Source: Octopus sinensis
Lineage: Eukaryota
Assembly: GCF_006345805.1 (NCBI RefSeq)
Contig: NC_043008.1
Coordinates: 36,766,001 to 36,830,000 of the forward strand
Length of the DNA stretch: 64,000 nt
Direction: 5' to 3'
The position numbers and the translations under genes were made by a program. How positions within the stretch are numbered: position 1 is the stretch's first letter; each line of letters begins with the position of its first letter. Positions 13,100 to 25,168 of the stretch are shown one piece after another. The notes beneath the pieces are model-generated. The model did no database searches. It was not told the DNA's origin and saw only the letters and a program-made list of their open reading frames with translations.

Positions 13100-14420
13100 T
13101 GAGTCATTGATCATGAAAAAAATATATGTTGAAAAATACATTATGGGAACAAAACCTCAGCAAGAAAATACAGACAAATCAAAGAAAGCATGCAAATTGA
13201 TCATAGAGGAACCAGGCAAAGATATTGGGCTTCCAGTCATCCAAAGACATGTAGAAATGATATCAAGATCATCCCAAACTAAAACCCTATATGCTGCAAT
13301 GCCAAACTGTAACTCTATTATAAACACACAAGGTACAGAAGGCAGCCACCAACCCATTATACAAAATACTTTAGATGGACAAATACATGGGCAGAAAGAC
13401 AAGGAAAAACAGACAAAATAAAAGTCCTAATGCAAATAGACATCTTGGAAGCTTAAAAAAATCCATAGTTAACGATCAACAGTATCAAACATCCCCATTG
13501 GCTAAACAAGCATGAAAGGTAGATGGGAAGGAAACAGACAATATATGTGACATGATACAGAGAACAGAGAGTATTTTCTCACCTATGAAGAAACAAGAAC
13601 CCAAAAATATGAATTGGAGACACAATATTACAACTCCATGTTAGGGAGAACATCCATTTTTTAGGCCAAATACTATTGCACAAATATATTTGTGCAATAG
13701 TACTTTGATCTAAAAATATGTCAAATTTGATTCTATAACATGAAAGGCTTCCTAAAAAACAAAATTATGCCTTAAAATTGATATATAATAGAACTACAAA
13801 TTCAATGAAACTGGACATCATTTAACCGAGGACACCCAAGACAAAATTAGAGAAAATATTGTTCTGTTTATCAATACACATAATCCATGAGTGAGCGACA
13901 TATTCCACAAAATATTCTCTTACAAATCCCCAAAATGAAAAATCTAGGTGATGAAAACCTTATATGAAACCATAAACTTCAACCAAAAAATCTTAGAAAA
14001 TATTTTATGAGGGCAAAATTTACATCAGAGGATAATACAGAATTATCCATGAAGGACTCTGGAGATAATAGGTGTGGAACATGTAACAACAACTTCAAAT
14101 ATTTGGGCACTGGTTCCCATATAGCATTTAAAAGTGAATTGTCCTCCCAAGTAAATGCAGATATGAACTGCAAGATACAGAATCTCATATGCTGTATAAC
14201 CTGCCCCTACTGCAAACTCAATAATTTTCTTTACTAATGTGCAAGAATCCAGACAACACATCAGGCAAGAAGAATTACACAATGTTCTGCTGACTAAGCA
14301 TCTGGAAATATGTGGAAACAGATTCAAGATATTTCTCTTCTACTAATGCTCAAGGGATGACCCAAAGTATCTGAAGGCAATGAAACTACTTTTATGAAAA
14401 AAATTCTTATCTAAACTAAA
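13100..14420 (+). mobile_element. Decayed Penelope-like element (RT remnant, linker, GIY-YIG endonuclease)
   Basis: HKLQPKNLRKYFMRAKF linker, then RCGTC..VNADMNCKIQNLICCITCPYC (Cys cluster preceding the GIY-YIG), then FKIF..F and NYFMKK. The 5' boundary is uncertain. Confidence 0.75.
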
Positions 14421-16002
14421 AGTATGAAAGAAGATAAAACATATTTATAAACACATGAGAAATCATTATTAAAATATTCTCATTAGTGTTAATGAACTGA
14501 CTAGAAAAATTTAGTTAACTAACCAAGAAACAACACTCACACACACATGGTCTTTCACACACATGCACTTAAATGCACACACACACACACACACACACTC
14601 ATTAAAAAATTTTCCAAAACAATTTGATAGAAATCTATTTTCTACCGCTGGATGATATGACAGTTGCTAAAAATTAGAATGACTAAAAGAACATTGACCT
14701 CTTGAACTGTCATTAATTTCCACCATCTCAGAAAAGGACCACTTTCTACTGACCAAAAAATACAATTTCAACAATCCCAGTAAAAGACCCATTTCTTTCT
14801 TCCTTTCTTTCTTTTTCCCTGTCTCTTTTCCTTTTATCTCTCTAAACAAGCCTCCAAAAATTCATCAGATACACCTACTTACATACACACATACACATAC
14901 ACATAGATTCACTCATATAGATTCAAAATAACAAAGAACATTCTCTTCCCATTCCAACTCTGCATCTTGTCAACTAACTCACATGTATATAATGTCACAA
15001 TTTTTTTATAAATAAATCATTCATGAAGATTCTCTCAAAAAGAGACGAAAGCTCTAAATAAATGAATACCCAAACTTCAGACAATCTTCTTTTTCTTAAT
15101 ATATAAAATCAGTATACCACTTCAAGCAATATATACATACACACACACATATGCACATGTGCACACACACAGAGGCACACATGTATATACACTCACACAC
15201 ACTTACACATGCATACATATATTTATATTCACATCCTCACATGAAAATATAGTTTTCCATGATATTGTATACTGTACATGTACACACTTACATACACTCA
15301 TGCACACACACTCACACACACATACACATACACACACACAAATATATGTAGTCTCACACAACCTCACACACATTTTCATCCTAACCTCACTCGCAATTAT
15401 GTATACGCACCATCATTGCTCATCATTTATGTGTACAAACTCCATATATCCTTATATCAACTACAAAGCACACAAACACACACAGATACAATGCTATTCA
15501 ACTTCCCTCACCTCCCTTCATGACCCTTCCTTATATAGATTGGTATTTCTCCCCTGACTTTTAGCTTCCTACATTTTTCTCTCCAATTAATTTGTTCTTT
15601 CATTGTTTCTTTCTCATATTTACAATCCAGTCCTAGTTTGCATGCTTACTGTGAAGATGCTTGGCCTGGTAGTTTGATTGGTCAACTCATAACTCCAAGG
15701 TTGTGGTTTCAATTTTGAGGCTGGGTGATGCGACATTGTATTCTTAAGCAAAACACTTCATTTCAGGCTGCTTCTATCTACTCACCAGCTGGGGGTCAGC
15801 TGTATGATGGATTGGCATTTTTTTCACCTGGAATTATTATACTCTTGGGTGCTTATAAATTCTGGCCTTATGAGTTTGTAGACTCATGACTGTTCTGTCA
15901 CCTGTCACTTAAAACCCTTTTAAATATAAACTTAACTTCAAAATATTTCGTTTTGGGATTTGGTTTGCAAGATTCTTTATATGACTTCGTGTGTTGAAAC
16001 AT

Positions 16003-16246
16003 ATTCTGTTGTGCCTGGGGAGAGTCATTTTCTTTTTGTGTCTTATGATTTAACACACTCACCGGTAAAATTTCCACTTATTCCTTATTTTTATTTTCCT
16101 AAAATTTTCATTGCGTCTTGCGACCTTTCCATTAGTCTTGAGAATTTTAGGAAAATAAAAATAAGGAATAAGTGGAAATTTTACCGGTGTGTGTGTTAAA
16201 TTATAAGGCACAAAAAGAAAATTACTCTCCCCAGACACAACAGAAT
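16003..16246. repeat. Fold-back element: ~108-bp inverted arms with a 28-bp spacer
   Basis: 16003-16110 (attctgttgtgcctggggagagtc...cctaaaattttca) is the reverse complement of 16139-16246 with few mismatches. Confidence 0.92.
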
Positions 16247-17060
16247 CAACTTCAAAAGTTTTAACATAAAATTTATGATCGGATTTCTTACCAAAATCTT
16301 ATGTAATAACAGGATTTTGGTCAATATTCTACTTCAAATACAAGCACTCTAGTATTTGGTAATTTCTGCTGGAATGGTAGCCAAAAGGTGGAATTCTTAG
16401 ACTCAGAAACTCGAGAATGCTTACGTTTGGATTTCAAACATTTTACCTTTTTTTTTTGTTTTATTCATAAATGCCAAGTTCTTCCTTATATTCTTTGAAA
16501 TCTGAGCTTCTATGAAAAGAACCAAAGAATATTATCAATTATTTAAATGGGTATTGAAGGCATTTGCAGATTAAGTGACATTAAAATATTCAGCTCAGAA
16601 CTCTCAAATAAATGAGCAATTTTTTTTTTTCTATGAGGAAATTCTATTTCTGATTATTTGTTATTTACGTTTTTCATTCTTTCATTCTTCCACTTTCATG
16701 GATTCTTATTTAGTGTAATTATCTGAAGAAACTTGTAGAAACGAAAAAAATGTCAGGAGGGAAAGTGTCAGTGGTTCATAGCAAAGTTAGAAATGCATGT
16801 CTCCAAACCTGCATCTCTCAGTGAGCAAGACTCCATGTAAATCTCTTGATTCTGCTAGAAATGGCAACCAAAACTCCCTCGAATCACACCATACCTTACT
16901 ATTCTAAATGGGGAAGAATGCATTGAATAATGTACTCTTAAATAGACTGAGTCTAAATAAAAAAACAGGGTCATCAAGGCTGGAAGGAGTTTACCTTTAT
17001 TTTGCTTCAGTGAAGTTGACTTGAAATTAACAATAACATCATCATTGCCATCATCATTGC

Positions 17061-17105
<45 letters not shown>

Positions 17106-18422
17106 TGCCATCATCATCACCATCATCATCATTATCATCATCATCATCATCATCATCATCACTGCATCTATGTCTACTTTATTTTGGTGGGGTTGGCGAG
17201 GTTGGACAAAACATCTCGAGGCAGTATTTTAAGGCTGGGCAGTTCTTCCTGATGCCATCCTTTGCTTGTTTTCTCGTAAAGTATTTTATTCTGCATCTTC
17301 GCATGTCAAACTGCCAAGCTGCTGGACTTATTTGCTTATGTATGACTTAAGCAATGTCACTCTCTTATGTGAGTAGCATCAATGCAGAGACTTACAGAGA
17401 AAAATGCACACACACACACACACACAGATCTACAAAGGGCTTTTTAGAGTGTTTCTGTACTTGATTTCTTTTTCAAGGCATTGGTCAAACTTGAAACTAT
17501 TTTAGAATTCTCTTTCCAAAGGTGCCACACAGTGTGGGATTGAACACACAGCCACTTGTTTACAAAGCAAGCTTCTTAACCACGTAGCTATGCTTGTTCT
17601 TTATCCCAATATTAATGTGAGTAAAAACTATCTTTAAAAAAGGTTGTGGAGAAAAGAAGACTGCAATAGCTTCAGTGTAATATCTACTTTAAAACAATCT
17701 CTGTTATCTTCAGATTGGAAACATACTGAAAAAAACATACAAAAAAACAGAAAGAATCAAGCAAAGAAAAAAAATACTATGGTCCAACTTTTAAAGACTT
17801 AAACAAGAATCTGGAAAAAAAAATTTGGTAGATAAATAACTGGGTTTTCTTTGTAGATATTTATTTACAACTCTCTTGGTACCAATCCACCTGTAACTGC
17901 TTCAAATTCTTGTGTTAATTTATGTTCCAAATCCCAGCTTGATAATGAAAAAAAGTTATCTTACTATATTCTTCATTATATCCAAAATTAATTGAACCAG
18001 GGACATTTACAAGACTATGATAATAAAATGGTTATGGGACTATGTAGAAGCGTCTTTGCTGTTTTCTTTGTTCTCTCTTGTACTCTTTTCTCAATCATAT
18101 TACACACTATCTCTATGCTTCTATTAGTTTTGGAAACAGTCAAGAATTTTGTAGTTAAATAGCTAATCTGTACTGAATATGTTATGGATATTATGCATCT
18201 AACCAAACAAAACCTGTATTGCAATTAATGAGCTCGTTAGAGAGAGAAGCATATGTTTTGCTGGACATTTGTAGTTACATATGGATTGACCATCCATCAA
18301 AAACTATCATCAACTATATATATATACAGGCACCAGTTGTTGCATTGCTGATCTTTCATATGTTATGTAGGATTATCTGTGACTGAGCCGGCCAAAAATC
18401 CATGTAAACTGAACCAAATGAT

Positions 18423-18897
18423 TCTTCTTCTTCTTCTTCTTCTTCTTCTTCTTCTTCTCTTCTTCTTCTTCTCTTCTTCTCTTCTTCTTCTCTTCTTCTT
18501 CTTCTTCTTCTCTTTCTTCTTCTTCCATTCTTCTTCTTCTCCTTCTTCTTCTTCTTCTTCTTCTTCTTCTTCTCTTTCTTCTTCTTCTTCTTCTTCTTCT
18601 TCTTCTCTTTCTTCTTCTTCTTCTTCTCTTTCTTCTTCTTCTTCTTCTTCTTCTTCTTCTTCTTCTCCTTCTCCTTCTCCTTCTCCTTCTTCTTCTTCTC
18701 TTTCTTCTTCTTCTTCTTCTTCTCCTCTTTCTTCTTCTTCTTCTTCTTCTTCTTCTTCTCTTTCTTCCTCTTCTTCTTCTTCTTCTCTTTCTTCTTCTTC
18801 TTCTCTTTCTTCTTCTTCTTCTTCTTCTTCTTTTTCTTCTTCTCCTTCTTCTCCTTCTTCTTCTTCCGTTCTTCTTCTTCTTCTTCTTCTTCTTCTT
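18423..18897. repeat. ~475-bp (CTT)n/(GAA)n polypyrimidine microsatellite, followed by (CAC)n(CAT)n
   Basis: Directly visible; source of the poly-S and poly-R pseudo-ORFs. Confidence 0.97.
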
Positions 18898-18910
18898 CAC
18901 CACCATCACC

Positions 18911-18944
<34 letters not shown>

Positions 18945-19617
18945 CATCCAATGTTTTAGATCCAGGTTTTGTCCCTGTGGAAGGATCTACCTCAATGCCA
19001 TAGCAACCAAGGAAGGCAGGTGCAGCCCACCCCAACCTTTGGGCCGGCTGATGCTCATTCCCCTTTGCTATCCTGAGACGTTTTTGGAGCTGGATTTTCT
19101 ACCAGGAGCATGCCTTTGCTTATCCCCATCCTCAGTTTCTAGACATGAGTGGTCTTGAGACCAAGGCCTCTTGGGACATGTAAAAATTTTCTTACATAAA
19201 ATATTGAGGTGATCCTTTAATTTCGATGTAAATACTTCAAAGCAGCTGGTTGTTATATCTTAAGGACTAGAGGCAGTCTGATGCATTGTATCAGAAAGCT
19301 TAAATATATTAGAAAGTTTCTTAGGAGAGATTTGATTAATGTATTGAATAGAAGCAGCTACATAGAAGCTTACTTATAATATTCAGATAAACTTCCCCTG
19401 ACGGAGGAAAAATACCGTCATAAAAAAGTATACATACATATAAATATAGATATATGTGTGTATGTGTATATAGCACCCTCGGTCACTTTAGTGACAACTA
19501 TGCTTCTCCCTTTCGGTTATATATAAATATAAATATATGTATGCATGTTTGTATGTATGTATGTATGTATGTATGTGTGTATGTATGTATGCATGTATGC
19601 ATGTATGTGTGTATATG

Positions 19618-19664
<47 letters not shown>

Positions 19665-21214
19665 GTATGTATATATGCCTGAAAATTATAAATAAGGGTA
19701 TCTATGAGATACCACCATGCTTGAAATAGCAGTCAAAACCTGACTCTAAGACCACATCAACCATTCAATTCAGCACAAGGTTAAAGGACAAATAGGCAAA
19801 TAAAACCAGTAAAAATTGGATAATATCAGACCCTGTGTTTCTGGCTCTGTACAAAACTATACTTTGTCATTGTCAATGAAATATAGTATTAATTGTACTT
19901 AATTACATATATATATGCATAAACATATGAATACTCATGTAAATGCACATGTATATACATATATACGCATGAATATACAGTTCAGTTGTCCATCCATCTG
20001 AAATTATCCAATTTTTACTGGGCATCAGAAAGTCACCTTGCTGGAGATTGTGTAACCTAAAATTTTACGTCCAATAAGGCTTGCACAATATCTCACAGAC
20101 TCTTTCCATCTTATCGGTATGATCCAGAGACAAGCCAGGGCTAGATATCCAGGGGTAATGTGGATTGCATATTCAACAGTGTGGGAGCACCAGGAACTGT
20201 TTCTATTCTATTTTATTGGAATTTGTTTTGATATCCTTTCCTTTTTAATTGTCTTATTTATCAGTATTTTTCAACACTTTCATCACCCTACCCACCCTCT
20301 CAATCTTCATTTATCCCTAAATTTTTTTGTAATATTATGTATACAACTTTGCTATTTTGTCCATCCTTCTAATTCATCTCTCCTGCCATTCTAAGGGCCA
20401 TGTTACTTTTACTTTTTATTTTCCATTCATTAATTCTATGAGTTCATCTTCAACTGCTATTCCAAATTGAATTCTTCAAACACCTGATCTCTCTTCACAT
20501 TTTTTTCTATTTCTTGTTTCTTTGTTCCTGTTTTTTCCCTCTCTTCTTCCTTTTTTCTGTTCTTTTCTATATTTCCTTTCCTTTTTTTCACTTCCCATTC
20601 TCTTCTTTACCTATTTCTTTTCCTCCTTTTCTTCCATTTCCCTCCTTTATTATTTTTTTTTTGTCATTTTCTTTCTGTTGCTCCTTTTTTCCTATTTTTC
20701 CATTCCTCTTTCCTTACCCCTCCATATCATACCTTCTCCCCATCATCACTCTCTATGATTATAAAACCATATATAAATGTGCAAACCTCATCAATTTTCC
20801 AGTCACAACTGTCCTGAAGATCCTGTGCACCTACATGTGAACCTCAGAGTAGCAACAGACTAACCTGACTGAAATAAAATATAATTAATCTCTATCATCG
20901 TATTGAGTACTCTTCCCCATAACCACCCCAACAGTTAATATCAAATGCATATATAATCCTTATCAGTATTATACATATAAAATGATATTTCACTAAATGA
21001 AGGGAAAGGAAGAAGCAGTTATATAATTACATATAAAAATAATATATCTGTGATATAGGTGTAGCTGTGTCTGTGTAGTAAGAAGTTTACTTCCCAACCA
21101 AATGATTCTTGGTTCAGTCCCACTGCATGACACCTTAGGCAAGTAACTTTCACCTGTAGCCCCACACTGACCGAAGCCTTGTGATGCATTTGGTAGACAG
21201 AAACTGAAAGAAGC

Positions 21215-21286
<72 letters not shown>

Positions 21287-21384
21287 ACATATATATACAT
21301 ATATACATATATATACATATACATACATACATAATATATATATATATATATAATATATATATATATATACACACACACATATAC

Positions 21385-21416
<32 letters not shown>

Positions 21417-21469
21417 ATATGTGTGTATATGCATATACATACCTGAATATATATATATATATATATATT

Positions 21470-22115
21470 AATATAAATTAGAGGTAAAACCACTATTATG
21501 TAATTCAAACAATGATAGACATAAACCAAAACATAAAAAACAAATATTATATATTTTTATAAAACATATAACTAGATCACAAAAAGTATAAAAATAAATA
21601 ATCAATATATGATAAGTAATACTTAATACTTATTATATATTCCTTATTACTTATTAATTATTATATATTGATTAACCAGTTTTATACTTTTTGTGATCTA
21701 GTTATATGTTTTATTAAAATATATTTTATTTGTTATTTATGTTATGGCTCAGTGGTTAGAGCGTCGAGCTTACGATCGTGAGGTTGTGAGCTCGAATCCC
21801 GGACCGGGCTGCGTGTTGTGTTCTTGAGTTCACGTTGCTCCAGTTCACTCAGCTGTAGAAATGAGTTGCGACGTCACTGGTGCCAGGCTGTATTGACCTT
21901 TGTCTTTCCCTTGGATAACACTGGTGGCGTGGAGAGGGGAGGCTGGTATGCATGGGCGACTACTGGTCTTCCATAAACAACCTTGCCCGGACTTGTGTCT
22001 AGGAGGGTAACTTTCTAGGTGCAATCCCATGGTCATTCATGACCGAAGGGGGTCTTTACCCTATGTCTATCATTGTTTGAATTGCATAATAGTGGTTTTA
22101 TCTCTAATTTATATT
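21470..22115. repeat. AT-rich fold-back palindrome whose right arm is interrupted by a SINE
   Basis: Left arm aatataaattagaggtaaaaccactattatgtaattcaaacaatgatagacata..actagatcacaaaaagtataaaa. The reverse complement lies at about 21645-21744 and resumes at 22061-22115. Confidence 0.88.
21745..22060 (+). mobile_element. tRNA-derived SINE family D
   Basis: A box tggctcagtgg, B box gagctcgaatcc, followed by a non-tRNA body. Second copy at 12178-12484. Confidence 0.85.
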
Positions 22116-22194
22116 TTATATAATTATATTGTGAAATTTGATTTAATACTAAATTGAATTTTTCCCTGTAAGTTTGGAGTTACACTCCCTAATA

Positions 22195-22242
<48 letters not shown>

Positions 22243-22353
22243 CATCATTATTATATACACACCCAGCTGTAGGAAATCTGCATCAAGGAACTCAGTGCAA
22301 CCCATGCCATCGTGGAAAAGTGGACATTAAAATAGTGATGATTATATATATGC

Positions 22354-22384
<31 letters not shown>

Positions 22385-22668
22385 TGCTAAGGAAACTACT
22401 ATCCACTGCTGGTAAGAACTGAAAGACTTGGCTGTCATGTGTTGGTGTTTAACACTAATGAACCTCTATATGTGACATCTTGCAACAGTTCCTTCATAGT
22501 AGAACTTTCCAGAGGAGGAAGAAAAGAAGGAATGAAGGAGAAATGGATAGAAATAGTGCAAAAACACAGAAACAAACAACATCAGTAAGCAAACACACTC
22601 CCACTTCTCTCTCTTTTTCCTTCTCTTTCTCTTTTCCATCTCTCTCTGTTTTTCCTTCTCTCTCTGTC

Positions 22669-22706
<38 letters not shown>

Positions 22707-23526
22707 ACACACTGTCTCTCTCTCTGCTATCATTTTCCTAACCTTCATCACAACCATATTAAAGATTTGTGTAAAGTTTGATGTTGGAAATAAGGGTTGT
22801 TTGTAGAGATTCGTTTCATATATTGTCAGTCATCTTCTGTCCTTGCCTTGGAGATTTTGGTGAGTGTATATTACACACTGTAAAATGGTTGGTATTAGGA
22901 GGAATATCCAGCTGTAGAAACTGTGCCAAAGTAAACACTGGAGCACAGTGTAGTCTTTGGACCCTCTGGGCCTTGTAATATCTTTCAGTCCATGCTACCA
23001 TTGAATATGGATATTAAAATAGAAGGGAAAAATCATCACCGATGTTATTGCTTTTTTTACTGATTCCATCTTGGTTTGAGCATGACAAGCCACTGTGTTC
23101 TGAGTGAACATGTACTGGGGTTGTATGCTTATTTAGACTGGTCAAGGAAACACATCTCACCTGTATTTCACCTTTAGCATTGTTCCTATGTCTGAAAGAG
23201 CTTCTTAATTCTAACCACTTTAGATGGTAGTTCTCTCATGTGCCAGCATTAAGGAAACTTGACAAGTCTTAAATCTCCTCACAATCTCACACTTTACTGA
23301 GTCTGCTAACTCAGTGTTTTTCATTACATTGACTCCAGAGAGGTAACATTGTCCTTGATATAACTGAAGGGTCCTCACAAGCCCACATCTCTGTACACTT
23401 GCCAGTTTCTTTAGAGAGTGAAAAGCATAAGTAATAGAGGCATGTGTGATAGTGATGACAGGTATGTGTTATAGGAAAAGAAATGATATGGGTATGTAAA
23501 CATGATCAAAATGATACTTATGTAAT

Positions 23527-23824
23527 TGTTCCTTCTCGAGCCATGCCTGGCTCATAAACCGCTTTCCCGGTTTCCTTGATGTATAGATTCCTCACCTGGA
23601 TGAGGGCGCCGGTCTGTCGCAGGTGAGCTGCAAGATGCAGGAGGAAAGAATGAGAGAAAGTTGTGGCAAAAGAGTCAGCAGAAGTATGCCATTACTTTCT
23701 GCTGGAGCCGTGTGGAGCTTAGGTGTTTCGCTCATAAACACACACATTACCCAATCTGAGATTTGAACCCACGATCCCTCAACCGCAAGTCCACTGCTCT
23801 AATGACTAGGCCATGTGCTTCCAC
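23527..23824 (-). mobile_element. tRNA-derived SINE family E with ~13-bp TSD
   Basis: Same family as 46626-46925. Flanks atacttatgtaat (23514-23526) and atacttatgcaat (23827-23839). Confidence 0.85.
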
Positions 23825-25168
23825 ATATACTTATGCAATAGGATAACAGGATGTTAAATAGGACACACTTTAAATAAAAAGTACCCAAATGGCCAAACTC
23901 TTGTGCTAAAGTCGTTCTGACACTACAACCTTATTGTTATAGCATCTGCTTATCTAACTTGACAGAGGTTGAACTGATCAACTAACTACATGATACATCT
24001 ACATTCATCTTGATACTGTCTGTGAAACCAAAGGCATTCTTAGACTTGATTCCATCATTTTTAACATCTTTGTGGTCTTTTCCTGCCATGGATACCTTCC
24101 ACTACTGTGGATACCTGCTGTTATTAGCATAAGCCAATTTTTTTCGCTTTTTCATTGTTATTTTTTGTTTGGTTCACCTGTCCATATCGACAGAGTTATC
24201 TGTGTTGCATAAATAGAATTATGCTTTTAATATCTGAATCTTCTTTTTCTCCTCCCCCTCTTTGTCTCTACGCCTGTTTTTCTCTTTCTCTCCTCCCCCT
24301 ACCCCTCTCTTGTTCTCCATTTTTCATTCAAGTTAACATTACTCATTGAATACCTGACACTTAGTTCGTTTCTCTTTGGTCTCTTGCAGATCTTCCAGCC
24401 AATACCCAGTTCTACCTGCCATACACTACCATATGTCTTATGTATGCTTCATTCAGCACTTGTTCTTTTTTAGAGGGAGGGAGAGAGAAAGGAAAACCAG
24501 GAGAATGAGGGAGAGAGGAAGAAAGGAGAGAGAGAGAGAGTGAGAGAGGAAAAGATAGAGAAGAAGAAAGAGAGACTTTGTTCCTTTGTTTGCAAACCAT
24601 TCATTATGCTTTTACACTGAAATCTTCTTTGCTGGAGGTGGTGAGGCTTCTGAATTATCCTCCTCCTCCTATTCCTCCTCTCCTCCTCCTCATCATCATC
24701 ATCATCACCATCCTCCTCATCCTCATCATCATCATGATGCAATGTTGCCACTGCTGCCACCTCCTTTTACACCAACCACCACCAACACCACAGCAATAAC
24801 AATAATAGTAATGGTTTCAAATTTTTATAGGGATTAGGGTGAAAGAAATCATCATCATCATCATTATGGCTGTGAGCTGGCAGAATGGTTAGCAAAGCAG
24901 ATCAAGAGCTTAGGACTATTTCTTCTGGTTTTACATTCTGACTTCAAATTCTGCTGATGTTGTCTTTGCTTTTCATCCTTTTGGGGATGATAACATAAGT
25001 TGTGATGCTTGGAATGGCATGTGTGCTGAGGAAGGTATTATGCATGTAAGCTCCAAGCAGGAGCTGAGGCATAATTACACACCACCTCACCATAAAAAAT
25101 CTGTGCTGGAACTTTTCTGGCAAAAACACATCCTTAACATAGTTAGGACAACTTCACAAGGACTGGCC

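Noticed and set aside
18373-19158. 220- and 259-aa ORFs (poly-R, poly-S, poly-H)
   Set aside because: Translations of a (CTT)n/(CAC)n microsatellite with no complex sequence.
24390-24441. 52-nt candidate + strand exon (ctcttgcag|...|gtatgc)
   Set aside because: Short, with no recognisable peptide; such signals are expected by chance in 64 kb of AT-rich DNA.
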